From a virus: a DNA stretch of 64,000 nt. The notes under the pieces were generated by a model. The model did not search any database. It was given only the letters and a program-made list of their open reading frames with translations, and was not told the DNA's origin. Shown here piece after piece: positions 1 to 10,156 of this stretch (the first letter of the stretch is position 1; the number at the start of each line of letters is the position of its first letter). Where the stretch lies: IMG/VR virus record IMGVR_UViG_3300022744_000001, positions 66,022 through 130,021 of that record. One strand, written 5' to 3'. The translations under genes were made by a program, and so were the position numbers.

Positions 1-249
1 CTTGCATTTGCCTCCGGCTTCCAAGAAGCCCTGGATCAGGTCAATCACGCAAGCGTGAAAGCCCAGCTTCTCGTATGCCTGAAGGGACGTTCCTTCTTTT
101 GACCCTGACCACACTCCGCTCTCAGCAACGTACATCGTGAAGCCCTGCTTGGCCAGCTCGCGACCCTTGGCCGCCTGCTCGGTCTTGTACGTCGTGTGCT
201 GGGCGTCGAACGCGGTACGGAAATCTTCGGGGTTGATCTTGGTGGCCAT
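1..249 (-). CDS. hypothetical protein, 5' part only (MATKINPEDFRTAFDAQ...), runs off window start
   Basis: frame open to window edge; ATG at 249 lies just downstream of an M1 copy. Confidence 0.45.
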   Translation of the reverse strand, partial: MATKINPEDFRTAFDAQHTTYKTEQAAKGRELAKQGFTMYVAESGVWSGSKEGTSLQAYEKLGFHACVIDLIQGFLEAGGKCK

Positions 250-262
250 GGGTTGCTCCTCG

Positions 263-298
263 CTCAGAAGAACGCGTGAGGCCGCCCAACCCTATACT
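263..298 (-). promoter_or_regulatory. M1 start-proximal motif (TATAGGG-N13-GCGTTCTT...ATG, minus orientation)
   Basis: matches the reiterated M1 consensus; positioned ~30 nt upstream of ATG 249. Confidence 0.5.
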
Positions 299-600
299 GG
301 ATTCGACCAGGTAGCGATCACGGAGTGGGCCAGCGCCACCGCGGCCAGAGCCTCTCGAGCGGGCTCGTAGAGCGCAACCACATCGTGAACGTCCAACGTG
401 TTCGGTCCGATCCGGTCGAAGTCCGCTGAGACCCTGGGCACCCCATCCTCAAGAATGACTTTCACGCGAAGGTAGAACTCCCCGTGGCGGCGAATGATCG
501 AAAAGCGATCCAGTTCGCACCGGTTGATGTTTGATCCGGGAAGCGCGTCGGCGAGCTGCATCGCCAGCTCCCGCATACGGTCTTTGAGTGCCTCTTCCAT
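292..600 (-). CDS. hypothetical protein (102 aa)
   Basis: ORF track; ACGGAG RBS-like upstream of ATG 600. Confidence 0.5.
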   Translation of the reverse strand: MEEALKDRMRELAMQLADALPGSNINRCELDRFSIIRRHGEFYLRVKVILEDGVPRVSADFDRIGPNTLDVHDVVALYEPAREALAAVALAHSVIATWSNPV

Positions 601-881
601 CAGGGCTCCGTTTTGTAGACAGGAAACCCATTCGCATACACCAAGCGCCCCCTCTCAGTGACTTCGACCGCAAGGACATTCTCGTACGAGGCCGCGGCGG
701 TACGCATGCACGAGATCGCTGCTTGCCAGGATCTGTGCGATCTGAAGCAAGGGCAATATCGCTCACGATCCCACTCGTCAATTGTGACCCCTCGGTACAG
801 TTTCGTAGCCATTTTCAAGGCTACACCGTTGACCGCCCCAGCTCCCGCAGTGTATCTCACGGGGAACCGGAGGAACGGATG

Positions 882-1808
882 GGGCGATTTCTGGGTTTCA
901 AGCGCTGCAACACCTGCAACACGACACATGGGGTTCGGGAGTCTTGCCCCACGTGCGTCGGGGCCGCGAGGGACGAGCTGGCCCGGGCTTTCACTGTTCA
1001 TCTCGCCGCGTTGCGTTCGGCCTTCGACCCCAGCCAGGACCTTGAGCCCCGTCGTGATCGAATGATCGCGGAGGGGCTTCCTGCAATCCGGTCCCTTCTC
1101 CGGTCCCCTCCCGACTGCCCTCCTGTTGAGGACCAGAACCTGATCGCCAAGGGGTTCAGCTTCCTGGTGGACCTCCACGTGGCAGGACCTACGAAGGGCT
1201 TCCAACCGCCCCCTTGGTTCCGGAGGGAGCTGGAGTACCTGTTCCCGCAGGTGCTCCGGTTGACGCCCTCCACAACCGAGAAGACGTCCTGGTTCAAGGG
1301 TGCCCTCGCCGAGAAGGTTCCAGAAACCAAACCCGAGGAACCTCCCAAGGAGGTCGAAGCCCCCAAGAAATCGACCGGCCGCCCTCCTTTCGTCTGGCAA
1401 CGCGAAGTGGTTCTTGGGGAGTCCCTGCTCCTCTATCGGCCCGGAAGGGAACCCGAGCGAGTTGCAGTGGCCTCCCCGTTGGGAGACAGCAGCTATGCTC
1501 GGGTGCTCCGACTTAATGCCATCACGTCTATGCCGGTTAGGTTGGAAATTCTCGACCCAAGTTCGACACAGACCCTTACCGAAGGTCCATTTTTCACGTG
1601 GCGCGAAGCTCCGCCCTTGGGCAAATGGGTCAACTACTGGAACAAAACCAAAGGGGTTTTCCGTAAAAGAATCATGAGCTTTGACGGCAACACTGGGGTC
1701 GTAGTCCTGCAAGACTCCTACGGCGCCGAAATGAATGGATACCTGGTTCGTTGTGATCCGCAGAGCCTGAGCGACTCCAACGTCGCCAACACGCGAGGGA
1801 TGGCATGA
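882..1808 (+). CDS. hypothetical protein with N-terminal CxxC...CxxC zinc-ribbon ([14 protein letters not shown]...)
   Basis: internal ATG of ORF 588-1808 preceded by GGAGGAACGG; earlier start at 588 not excluded. Confidence 0.5.
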   Translation, partial: GRFLGFKRCNTCNTTHGVRESCPTCVGAARDELARAFTVHLAALRSAFDPSQDLEPRRDRMIAEGLPAIRSLLRSPPDCPPVEDQNLIAKGFSFLVDLHVAGPTKGFQPPPWFRRELEYLFPQVLRLTPSTTEKTSWFKGALAEKVPETKPEEPPKEVEAPKKSTGRPPFVWQREVVLGESLLLYRPGREPERVAVASPLGDSSYARVLRLNAITSMPVRLEILDPSSTQTLTEGPFFTWREAPPLGKWVNYWNKTKGVFRKRIMSFDGNTGVVVLQDSYGAEMNGYLVRCDPQSLSDSNVANTRGMA

Positions 1809-1975
1809 CAAAGCGAGTGAAGCGCGAGACTGTTGCAGCTGGGGGAGTGGTCCTGGCGGGGGCTAAGTTCACCTGTACCAAATGCCACGAGACCAAACCC
1901 GCATCCGAGTTCGGTCTTCGCACCATGCAAGACGGGACGGTACGCAACCAGCCCCAGTGCAAGGTCTGTCGCTAG
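1805..1975 (+). CDS. small zinc-ribbon protein (56 aa, CTKCH...CKVC)
   Basis: ATGA overlap with stop of upstream gene; below ORF-track size cutoff, read manually. Confidence 0.3.
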   Translation: MTKRVKRETVAAGGVVLAGAKFTCTKCHETKPASEFGLRTMQDGTVRNQPQCKVCR

Positions 1976-2391
1976 AACCACAGCTGGGAGAACGGGACGC
2001 TCTTCTCGCTCTCCCTCCCGTAGCGGTACCGAAAAGCAACGGTGGCGCGGCGGGGGCCAACCTTCGTGACCTTACCGGTGCGGAACCCAGTCGGGTCTGA
2101 GCCCGAGGGGAACATCACGAAGTCGCCCACCTTCGGGACCACCTTCAAACCGTTCGCGACTACGTACCCTTCCCAATGGGCCAGGATACGAGCGTCGTCC
2201 GAGCAGGAGGCATCGATCGAAGCGTCTCCGAACCGACCCCCGGTGAACACGATGCGGGAGCTTCTCTCGAGCACCCAGGTGGGCTTACCGTTCACCAGCT
2301 GGGCCCGACGCTCGAGCTTCCCTTCAACAACCTTGGCTGAGAGCTTGAGCCCGTTGCGGCTCACGCGAACCAGTTTGGATAGGTCTTGCAT
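1972..2391 (-). CDS. hypothetical protein (139 aa)
   Basis: ATG 2391 preceded by GAGGGGGAG; 1-nt gap to upstream stop. Confidence 0.5.
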   Translation of the reverse strand: MQDLSKLVRVSRNGLKLSAKVVEGKLERRAQLVNGKPTWVLERSSRIVFTGGRFGDASIDASCSDDARILAHWEGYVVANGLKVVPKVGDFVMFPSGSDPTGFRTGKVTKVGPRRATVAFRYRYGRESEKSVPFSQLWF

Positions 2392-2392
2392 G

Positions 2393-2623
2393 TTACTCCC
2401 CCTCATGCATCTTCTGGGCGGCTTCGGTCACGCCGGTGATGTAAGCGCGGACGCGATCACCGGTGATCTCCTCGTCCTGAGCCATGAAGAGCGCCAAGAT
2501 CCTGGCGGAGATGAGGCCCCACTGAACGTCTTTCGAGACGTGACTCCAACCGGCACCGAGCGTCTTCTTGGCTCCTTCGATGCAGTCCTTGGCCATTTGC
2601 TCGTTCTTGCTCATCTTCGCCAT
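2393..2623 (-). CDS. hypothetical protein (76 aa)
   Basis: ORF track; GAGGGTGAAAC RBS; variant M1 (TATAAATGG...GCGTTCTC) upstream. Confidence 0.5.
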   Translation of the reverse strand: MAKMSKNEQMAKDCIEGAKKTLGAGWSHVSKDVQWGLISARILALFMAQDEEITGDRVRAYITGVTEAAQKMHEGE

Positions 2624-2653
2624 GGTTTCACCCTCTGAGAAGAGAACGCGCAG

Positions 2654-3346
2654 CTACAGCCATTTATATGTCACCCTGTTCACGATTCTGCCGATTGCAG
2701 GTTGTTTGACTTTGTACCTGTCTGCAAGAGCTTGTTGGGTGTAGCTCCCGGATGCCCACAAGCTTCTAATCTCAACTACCTGTGTTTCATCGAGAGACCT
2801 ATGAATGCAGGACAAGGCCATTTTGTGTTTGGTTTTGGTTGACGGGGGTTTACGCCCCTCCTCGAGACCTTTGAGTTGAGCCTCAGTAGCTTTACGCCTT
2901 TTCGCAGCCGCTGAAAGCCTTGTGCGGGTTTCAGCCCTAACCTCCTTGCCTCTGTGGGCGGCCCCAATTTTGGCTTTGGTTTCGGCAGACCTCTTTCGCC
3001 CCTTGAGGGCTGCTCCACGACGTTGGGCAGCCTCTTTGGTCACGTGATAGCGCTCACCCCCTGTTGTGGAGTTATATCCGTGAGGGGCTAGGCTATGGAG
3101 AGACCTAATCCAGAATTGTTCCGCGGCATTCAACGCAATTTCGTTTGGGCAGGTTTCAAGAATCTCTACCCGGAACCCCTCAATGCCGTATTTCCTCAAA
3201 GCACGTGCAAATGGGTGTTTCCCGCGCCCGCGAAACGCATCTCGAAAATGTGTGTAAACGCGCGCACTAAGGCGTTGCACTGTCCTGCCGACGTACACTT
3301 TCCCACTTACTTTGTGGGTAAACGCATAAATGACCACAGAGTCAAT
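2654..3346 (-). CDS. GIY-YIG homing endonuclease with NUMOD3-like repeats and C-terminal HTH; free-standing, lower GC than neighbours
   Basis: VIYAF...GKVYVGRT GIY-YIG block, two ETKAKIGAAHRGK / ETRTRLSAAAKRRK NUMOD3-like repeats, C-terminal HTH; start uncertain (GTG ~3337 or ATT ~3346). Confidence 0.7.
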   Translation of the reverse strand: MDSVVIYAFTHKVSGKVYVGRTVQRLSARVYTHFRDAFRGRGKHPFARALRKYGIEGFRVEILETCPNEIALNAAEQFWIRSLHSLAPHGYNSTTGGERYHVTKEAAQRRGAALKGRKRSAETKAKIGAAHRGKEVRAETRTRLSAAAKRRKATEAQLKGLEEGRKPPSTKTKHKMALSCIHRSLDETQVVEIRSLWASGSYTQQALADRYKVKQPAIGRIVNRVTYKWL

Positions 3347-3354
3347 ACCCCAGA

Positions 3355-3768
3355 TTAATCCTCGTCCATCATCATGATCGTGATGACCGGCTCTCCGTTG
3401 TCGCCGGGGCCGCACACGGCCTTGAGGGTCGTCAGGGTGGCACGGATGCGCTTGCGCACCACGTAGACCTGGAACTCGATGATGCTGCCACGACCACCGC
3501 GAGCGATCGCCATCCGGAGCATGTGCAGGATGTCCCAGAGACGGCCGTTGAGGTTGTTGCAGGCGCGCTCGGCGGCCGGGGTCAGCTGGATGCACTCGTT
3601 GAAGACCGTGGCCGTGCAGGCGACGTGGAACTTGAAGCCCGCCTCGCGGACCAGGTTCCCCATCTCACCCTGCATCAGGTCCACGAGAACCCCGTCCTCG
3701 ATAGCCTGAGCGCGAGTGTAAGTGTGGATGACTTCGGCGCCTTCGAAGATGTTGGTATTGTTTTCCAT
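3355..3768 (-). CDS. hypothetical protein (137 aa)
   Basis: ATG at 3768 directly preceded by M1. Confidence 0.6.
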   Translation of the reverse strand: MENNTNIFEGAEVIHTYTRAQAIEDGVLVDLMQGEMGNLVREAGFKFHVACTATVFNECIQLTPAAERACNNLNGRLWDILHMLRMAIARGGRGSIIEFQVYVVRKRIRATLTTLKAVCGPGDNGEPVITIMMMDED

Positions 3769-3804
3769 GTCCTGGTAACGCAGAGGGTCGAGGGTTTCTA
3801 TACC
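3769..3804 (-). promoter_or_regulatory. M1 motif (TATAGAAA-N13-GCGTTACCAGGAC-ATG)
   Basis: consensus copy abutting ATG 3768. Confidence 0.55.
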
Positions 3805-3817
3805 AAGCCAGAAGAAA

Positions 3818-4021
3818 TCAACACGGACCGCAGAGGGACCAGTCCCCAACGGGGAGAACCTTGACGGCCGGGCTCTCCTTCGTGAGGTTGAGCTTACCCG
3901 CCTCTTCTTGAGCCTCCTGTTCGGAGTCACAAGCGAAGACGATGTGCCAGGAGAACACGGTCTCCCACACATTGCCGTTCATCCGAATCCCTTTGGACGA
4001 TTTCACCCAGATATTGAACAT
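3818..4021 (-). CDS. hypothetical protein (67 aa)
   Basis: ATG 4021 followed upstream by M1 (4022-4072) with AGGAGCGAG RBS. Confidence 0.5.
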   Translation of the reverse strand: MFNIWVKSSKGIRMNGNVWETVFSWHIVFACDSEQEAQEEAGKLNLTKESPAVKVLPVGDWSLCGPC

Positions 4022-4072
4022 GGCTCGCTCCTGTCAAAAGAACGCGCGAGCCCGCCCCGGTCTATACTCGGG
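4022..4072 (-). promoter_or_regulatory. M1 motif (TATAGACC...GCGTTCTT...ATG)
   Basis: consensus copy. Confidence 0.5.
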
Positions 4073-4457
4073 GGAGGTTGCTCAGTCCCGGGTCAGCAAC
4101 CTCGAGCTGCTCTGAGACCGAGGCCACTGTGATCAGACAGTGAGCCAGGTTCTGGCGGTCCTCTTTCCCCAAAGGCATGTCCCCAAGGAGCCGGTTCGAG
4201 ATGACGTGGATCGCCTGGAGCTGGCAGCCCTTGATGAGGTAGACCCGACGAGCCCCCGAGTCGTTATGGGAGTCCACGAAATCCAAGGGTTGCACTACGG
4301 GGGTTACTCCCAGGAGTTCAGCGGGGCTCGGGGTTTCCGGAGTGGGACGACTCTCCACAGACTTGCGCCAGCTTTCGGCCGCGATGGGGTCAGCGAAAAC
4401 CATCACGGGAAGCTGGGAGCCGTCTTGGGACGCCAACTTTGCAAGGTAAATGGTCAT
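4062..4457 (-). CDS. hypothetical protein (131 aa)
   Basis: ORF track; no M1/M2; followed upstream by 120 bp lower-GC spacer with two AATCC/GGATT hairpins. Confidence 0.4.
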   Translation of the reverse strand: MTIYLAKLASQDGSQLPVMVFADPIAAESWRKSVESRPTPETPSPAELLGVTPVVQPLDFVDSHNDSGARRVYLIKGCQLQAIHVISNRLLGDMPLGKEDRQNLAHCLITVASVSEQLEVADPGLSNLPRV

Positions 4458-4576
4458 AGGTACTCGCGTTTTTGTGTTAGGCGTCGAGGGGTCACCGCCG
4501 TCACAAGCCGCAGCGTAACAGAATCCCTGAATGGGATTGTTTCAAGAAAGTAAAATGTGCACGAATCCTCGGGGAT

Positions 4577-4933
4577 TTAGCTCAAATGTAACACTCGAGC
4601 CCTGATTTCCCGTGCAAGTATCCGCCATTGATCATGCTCGTGGGACTCCCAGCGCTCGAGCATCGACGCGACAAGTTCTCGTGAAGTTCTGCGTAGATGT
4701 TCAAAGGTATGAGGGTCGCTAAAGCGACGAGGGGAGCACAAAACCAAGGGGTCTGTAACTACCCCGATCTCATGGACTGTCATCGAGTGCAGGGATGCAA
4801 GCACTCGTCCCGACGGGAAGAATGCTTTCAGCAGAGAGGCCACATCTTCCTGGGTGTGGTTGCCAAGCTCCACAATGACCCAGTTTCCGTAGCCGCCCTC
4901 CTTGTACTTGTAGAGCAGGTGGCTCACGCTCAA
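4577..4933 (-). CDS. hypothetical protein, TTG/GTG start, weak
   Basis: ORF track only; no ATG start, no motif. Confidence 0.25.
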   Translation of the reverse strand: MSVSHLLYKYKEGGYGNWVIVELGNHTQEDVASLLKAFFPSGRVLASLHSMTVHEIGVVTDPLVLCSPRRFSDPHTFEHLRRTSRELVASMLERWESHEHDQWRILAREIRARVLHLS

Positions 4934-5013
4934 GGCGGCGGATAAGACGATCCAAAATTCAAGTACAGGTTGTGAGGCCCTCGAACGTTAATTAGGAAAA
5001 CGTAGGAGGTTCT

Positions 5014-5205
5014 ATGGGAGTTGACCCTAGCTATCTGGCTCGAGCCGTGTTGCGCTGTGTCGCAGTTGCCGTGACGATGGGCCTTGTAGTGGGCTTCAGT
5101 GGGTATCTTCATTCAAAGAGTGCGAGCGTAGGCATTTTGCTTGGGTTGTGGAGTGCCGGTCTTTTCCTCATGAATGGAGATGTAGTTCCGCTCCCGAAGG
5201 ACTGA
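5014..5205 (+). CDS. small membrane protein (2 predicted TM helices)
   Basis: strong GTAGGAGGT RBS 6 nt before ATG; hydrophobic segments. Confidence 0.5.
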   Translation: MGVDPSYLARAVLRCVAVAVTMGLVVGFSGYLHSKSASVGILLGLWSAGLFLMNGDVVPLPKD

Positions 5206-5245
5206 GAAAACTTTTGTGGGGTTGCTCCCGTAGCAGGGAGCGAAC

Positions 5246-7034
5246 CATGAAAGTCAGGAATCTCACGCCAGGTGCCATCTACCTGAAGGATCTCAAGATC
5301 GACCAGGTTTCGATCGGGAGCCTTCGCGGCGAGGACCGATACATTGGTCCTGGGGCAACGATTTACCTGGAGGACACCGACGTAGTCCTCCGTAGCGCGT
5401 CCAAGGGCGACATCTTTGCGCTCGCCCAGGCAGGCATACTCGAGGTCGTCGAGGAGCCCCTCAAGGTAAACGAGAACGGCGAACTCGACGTCCCAACCCT
5501 CAACGTTGGGGCCGACGCTGTCATTCACGGAAACCTTACTGTTGACGGTACCATCAACGGCAGTAGTGGCTCTGTAGACCTTACCGGTCTGCCTCGAGAC
5601 GCCGTCATCAGTCAAATCCCTGACCAGTACACGTCCTTCAACGACCCTTCAACGGTGCTTACCATCCATGCGAGCGACAACGCTCCAGCGGATGATATCC
5701 CGTCCTCTCAGCGAGCGGGCAAAGTCGTTGTCCGTGGCGGCCACGGCGCTTCGGCCATCTCAGGCGACAACTACGGCATGAGCGGAGGTGCCGTCGAAAT
5801 CTACGGGGGTGACGGCGGAACCCCCTCGGGGTTTGCAGTTAATGGAGCAGGCGGGCCCATCACAATCAAGTCGGGCAACGCTCTTGGAGTAGGGAACAAC
5901 GGGGCAGGCAGCATCACCCTTGTGACCGGGCACCAAGGCTCTCAGATGGTGAACGGCGAAGAGGCGAAGGTTACTATCGCCCCCGCTAACGCAAACGCCT
6001 CCCGTAGCGGTTCGATCGCACTGATTAGCGGTGTGAAGGTCACCGACTACAACACCGGCGCGATTGTAGGAGGTTGCGTTTACAACCAGTTTTATGGCGC
6101 AAACGATTTTGGCTACAGGGCAGGGAACAGCTACCTTTCGGCTGGCCTCGCGGCTGGCCCCGGAGCCGACGGTTACGGAGGTAACAACATCGTCAGAGGG
6201 GGTACTGCTGTCTCAGTTGACCCCAACGTCCCTGCTGGCGGTGACGTAATCATTGCTGCTGGTCGAGCCATTGCAATCGCCAACGATCTTTCAAGCGGCG
6301 CGACAGACGGCACGAAGAGCGGTGATGTTATCCTCACCCTCAGCTCAGAGTTCTCGACGAATAGCCAGGAGCTTTGGGGCAACTGCGGTGGTCTCACCAT
6401 CAGCGGTGCGGATGGCATCGCCTACTGGCAGTTGCACTCGGCGGGGACGTACTCGAGCACAGACCACGCGACGCCTACCACGAATTTGCAAGGCTCTCAG
6501 CGCTTGCACGTTCTGACCCTGGCCCAAGAAACTGCCATGGCCCCGTCGTTCGAGGCCGCTGTGCCCGACACAGGGTTCCTGCATTATGTCGATGAGAACC
6601 CGATCTTCCAGGACCCAAGTATTGCCAGCGGCGGGTACCAAACAGGGTTCCGAGGTCGTCGATCTGGGGTTTATGGCGGCCTACCCTCGGAGATTGGTGG
6701 CAGCGGGACGCCCGGGTCGGTCACTCGCTCCATGGCTCGCGTCTTCTCAGGCGGCTTCAATGACGGGGACCTAACCGGAGGCGAGATCACCGTCACGCAC
6801 AACCTGTTTACCTTCGGACCTCAAGTCATGCTCTGGTTGCCAAAGTTCGACTTGAGTAACAACGTGGTTGGGCTCCGAGCTGGGGTACTCGGCACAGACT
6901 ACAACCTAGAGATCCCGCTCGGGGATAACAACGCAACCATTGACCCCTTCAACACTATCAAAGTGGTGTTGCTCGCACCCATCGACCCCACCAACTCCGG
7001 TTACTCGGCGCTCATCACCATCGTCGGCTTCTGA
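5246..7034 (+). CDS. glycine-rich beta-helix / tail-fibre-like protein (595 aa)
   Basis: GGAGCGAACC RBS, hairpin before start; long Gly/Asn/Thr-rich repetitive sequence typical of phage fibre/tailspike or secreted beta-helix proteins; function inferred from composition only. Confidence 0.6.
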
Positions 7035-7046
7035 AGGAGAGGCTCC

Positions 7047-7475
7047 ATGGACTTCCAAAACATCACCTCAGCTCCGACTTTCACTCAGCTTGTGGCGGCC
7101 TTTACCGCGGCCCTTCGTGAGCCGAAGCCAACGATCGTCATACCTGCCGGAACTCCATTTGCTGGGGCGTCGCATACAGCGCCTGGCCCTGACCTGTCGA
7201 AGACCACGATGAAGGCCCTACTGACTCGCTCAGTTCTCACCGGCGGGCTACAGAAAGCCGTGGCCATCTATGCAGGCATGTCTGAGGGCGACCGCAAGAA
7301 GCTCCAGGCTCTCGCAAAGACCGAAACCGGCAAACCAATCCTCACTGCTTTCGCTGAGGCTGATGCGGACGACCTGTCCATTTTCTCGGCGGACGCAGAC
7401 AAGATCGACAACAACCTGACGTTGGCAAGAGGTTGGCTTGTCGATGTCGATGCGACGCCTTGGGTCGCTAACTGA
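7047..7475 (+). CDS. hypothetical protein (142 aa)
   Basis: GGAGAGG RBS; ORF track. Confidence 0.55.
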   Translation: MDFQNITSAPTFTQLVAAFTAALREPKPTIVIPAGTPFAGASHTAPGPDLSKTTMKALLTRSVLTGGLQKAVAIYAGMSEGDRKKLQALAKTETGKPILTAFAEADADDLSIFSADADKIDNNLTLARGWLVDVDATPWVAN

Positions 7476-7830
7476 ACTCCAGCGGTGTACGCCCTTCATG
7501 GGCATGTACTCGAACTACACCGCGAAAAATCAATGCTGGAACTGCCGTGGCGAGAAGCAGGTTACCCGGGAAGACATGAACGGGGACTCGCACTCGCACA
7601 CGTGCGGCTTCTGCGGCGGCACCGGTCTCCCCAACGACGAGCAGCGCCACAAAGCGCAGCTCGAGGCCGAGGGCCTTTGCATCGACTGCGAGTTCCCCGA
7701 AGCCGACCACCCGAACGGGCAAGGGTTCCCTTATGGGTGTCTTCGGCTTCTCACGAAGCAAGTGCATCGACTCCAAGGGCAAGTCGAGGAGCAACAGTTT
7801 CAGCTCAGGTCTCGATTTGGCCGCTGCTGA
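7438..7830 (+). CDS. Cys-rich zinc-finger protein with DnaJ/anti-TRAP-type CxxCxGxG motif (HTCGFCGGTG)
   Basis: ORF track; AAGAGGTTGG before ATG 7438; start ambiguous (7438/7497). Confidence 0.4.
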   Translation: MSMSMRRLGSLTELQRCTPFMGMYSNYTAKNQCWNCRGEKQVTREDMNGDSHSHTCGFCGGTGLPNDEQRHKAQLEAEGLCIDCEFPEADHPNGQGFPYGCLRLLTKQVHRLQGQVEEQQFQLRSRFGRC

Positions 7831-8330
7831 TTGACTGGGGTGTCACGACCGCGCTTGTCGTTGTGGTAGCCCCATTTGATCGTCTCGAGGAGAGCCTCAA
7901 GCTTCTCTTGGACTCCACGTTCAACCTCGACGCCCGTCGCATAACGAAAAGCGCCATACCCCCGGTGCGTCCCGCGAACGACAAACACCTCGTTGGTTTT
8001 GTCGTCGATGACGGTGAGTTCCCAGTTCCAGTCGAACGAGCCATCGCGGTCCCATCGAACCAAGGTCAACCCAACATTCGGGAGCTTCTTGGGCTTCAAA
8101 ACGTGGGCTTCTACTTCAGGCGCAGGGTTGGAAACCGCTACTGGGGCTTGCGTAGGCACCCGCTGAGTGGGCTCGCTCAGAAGAAACGATGCCGGTCTCG
8201 TTTCTGGCTTTGCGTGTAACTCTCCATCGTCGTCCTGACGCCTTCGGAGTACGAGCACGAAACCGAACACCAGCACAACAGCGGTTAGGATGTACGGCAG
8301 ATGAGCTACAGCCATATCGAGGATACTCAT
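7800..8330 (-). CDS. membrane protein (N-terminal TM helix)
   Basis: internal ATG with GAGG RBS; hydrophobic N-terminus. Confidence 0.5.
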   Translation of the reverse strand: MSILDMAVAHLPYILTAVVLVFGFVLVLRRRQDDDGELHAKPETRPASFLLSEPTQRVPTQAPVAVSNPAPEVEAHVLKPKKLPNVGLTLVRWDRDGSFDWNWELTVIDDKTNEVFVVRGTHRGYGAFRYATGVEVERGVQEKLEALLETIKWGYHNDKRGRDTPVNQQRPNRDLS

Positions 8331-8339
8331 AGAAACCTC

Positions 8340-8454
8340 AGTCAATGATGCCGAAGTACATAGCTCGAACGACACGAAACACAACGTATGTCGCGGCGGC
8401 CCAAAGCATCACGCTGATCGGCGCGAGAATGTAGCTGTAGAGTTCTTGACACAC
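8340..8454 (-). CDS. possible 38-aa single-TM peptide
   Basis: GTG start, tight spacing between flanking genes; below ORF-track cutoff. Confidence 0.25.
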
Positions 8455-8457
8455 GAG

Positions 8458-8940
8458 TCAACCCCACGAGAAGAAGAGGCGGATCACGGGGGTCGTAGGG
8501 GAGAGCCCCAATCCCTTCAACTTCGCGCGAAGCTCCTCGAGCTGAGGTCGGAAGTCTTTGTCTATGGGGATCTCGGCAGGGTAGACGTTGAAAGAATACG
8601 TGCCCTCAGACTCCTTGGCGTAGGGGTCGTTGACACAGAACATCATGCCTCCGCCCGGCTCGTTGTACCCGCCGATCCTCGCCACCTTCGCTCCAACCCT
8701 TTTGGCGACCAGCTCAGCCAGCTCATGGGCTCCATCATCGAACCGTTTCCCGTCGATGACATGCCAGGTCCGACGGTGACGATCGACGACTTTCACTGAC
8801 CCTTTCTTCGCGCCAGTCCTTTCATCGAAGCGGTCCTCCATGTGGGACTCTTCGGGAATCTCGTGTTTGAACGGAGCTTCGAACTGCGCCTCGGTAAAAA
8901 CGAAGCCAATTCCCAGTCCAGCTGTGTATGAGGTGCCCAT
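8458..8940 (-). CDS. hypothetical protein (160 aa)
   Basis: ATG 8940 preceded by M2 variant GGTGTAAC-N6-ATG. Confidence 0.55.
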   Translation of the reverse strand: MGTSYTAGLGIGFVFTEAQFEAPFKHEIPEESHMEDRFDERTGAKKGSVKVVDRHRRTWHVIDGKRFDDGAHELAELVAKRVGAKVARIGGYNEPGGGMMFCVNDPYAKESEGTYSFNVYPAEIPIDKDFRPQLEELRAKLKGLGLSPTTPVIRLFFSWG

Positions 8941-9114
8941 GCCCTTGTTACACCGCAGGGGAGGGCAATCGAAATTGCACCCCTCAAGTAAGCCAGTGTC
9001 GCGATGCCTAAGCTAAAGCATAAGGGAGACGCGGATGGTTCATACTGAGCTGCAATAGTTTCCGTTCCCCGAATTTTCTTGTGCTCGGGGTAAGTATCCG
9101 TATCGAGGTGCTCT

Positions 9115-10155
9115 ATGCCACAAGCTCCAACCCCACCGTGGGAAGCTGAGAGGCTCGTCGCGCTCGAGAAACTACGTGTTTTCGGGACTCCCGCAGAAGA
9201 GCGGTTTGATCGGCTCACTAGGCTAGCCTGCAAGACCTTCGGGTTGCCTATCGCGGTCCTCGACCTTCTTGGGGCGGATACCGCTTGGCTCAAGAGCACC
9301 CAGGGGTATCACAAGGTTCGAGCGCCCAGGGCGACGTCGTATTGCGGCTACACGATCTTGCAGGAGAACTCTCTGGTGGTGCCGGACGCGCAGCAGGACC
9401 CGCGCCTCTTCGACAACCCGTACGCCCAGAATTTCCGCTTTTACGCAGGGGTTCCCCTTCGCAGTGCGGGGATGCCAATTGGGGCCTTCTCGGTTTCCGG
9501 CTACACCCCAAGGCTCTGGACAGAGAATGACACCCAGGCCCTCTACGAGTTCGCTCGAGTTGCTGAGTTCGAACTTCGGATCACGAAACTCAGCGAAACC
9601 CAACTCTGTCTCGCAGCAGAGAACGAGGTCAGATACCGTCCCCTCGTTGACGACTTGACGAAGACCTGGAACAAGACCGCGATCATCGAAATTCTGGGGA
9701 GGGAGCTTCGCAAAGCCGCGGAGGCGGACGTCTCCACTGGCATCCTGATGCTCGACATCGACCACTTCAAGAAGGTCAACGAGGAGCGGGGCTACTCCGC
9801 CGGAGACACCCTTTTGCAGGGCCTGGCCGAGCGTCTTCGCGCCGTTCTGCGGCACTCGGACAGCCTGGGGCGGTATGGGGGCGAGGAGTTCGTTGTTGTG
9901 CTTCCTCGATGCACCAGGGAGGACGCTCTCGAGATTGCGGAACGAGTCCGAACCGCGGTGGAGAGCAAACCCTTTGGGGCTATCTCGGCCACGGTATCTG
10001 TGGGGGTCACCGTGGCCGCGGCCCCCTCCCAGAACCACGCCGTTCTACTCCAAGCCGCTGACTTGGCCCTCTATCGAGCCAAGCAGAGGGGTAGAAACCG
10101 GGTCGAGTCTCGTTGGACAACCCCCTCGTTCGCCGCGCTCCGGGCTACGAAGTAG
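9115..10155 (+). CDS. GAF-GGDEF diguanylate cyclase (GGEEF active-site variant, RxxD I-site present)
   Basis: RYGGEEFVVVLP motif, RHSD five residues upstream, N-terminal GAF-like region; GAGGTG RBS. Confidence 0.8.
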   Translation: MPQAPTPPWEAERLVALEKLRVFGTPAEERFDRLTRLACKTFGLPIAVLDLLGADTAWLKSTQGYHKVRAPRATSYCGYTILQENSLVVPDAQQDPRLFDNPYAQNFRFYAGVPLRSAGMPIGAFSVSGYTPRLWTENDTQALYEFARVAEFELRITKLSETQLCLAAENEVRYRPLVDDLTKTWNKTAIIEILGRELRKAAEADVSTGILMLDIDHFKKVNEERGYSAGDTLLQGLAERLRAVLRHSDSLGRYGGEEFVVVLPRCTREDALEIAERVRTAVESKPFGAISATVSVGVTVAAAPSQNHAVLLQAADLALYRAKQRGRNRVESRWTTPSFAALRATK

Positions 10156-10156
10156 G

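Noticed and set aside
658-1065. 135-aa plus ORF in the 601-881 upstream region
   Set aside because: Runs in a different frame into the supported gene 882-1808; no RBS.
600-1811. 403-aa minus-strand ORF
   Set aside because: Antisense to the plus-strand gene 882-1808, which has an RBS and translational coupling to the next gene.
2042-2638. 198-aa plus-strand ORF
   Set aside because: Antisense to two minus-strand genes with RBSs and stop-start proximity.
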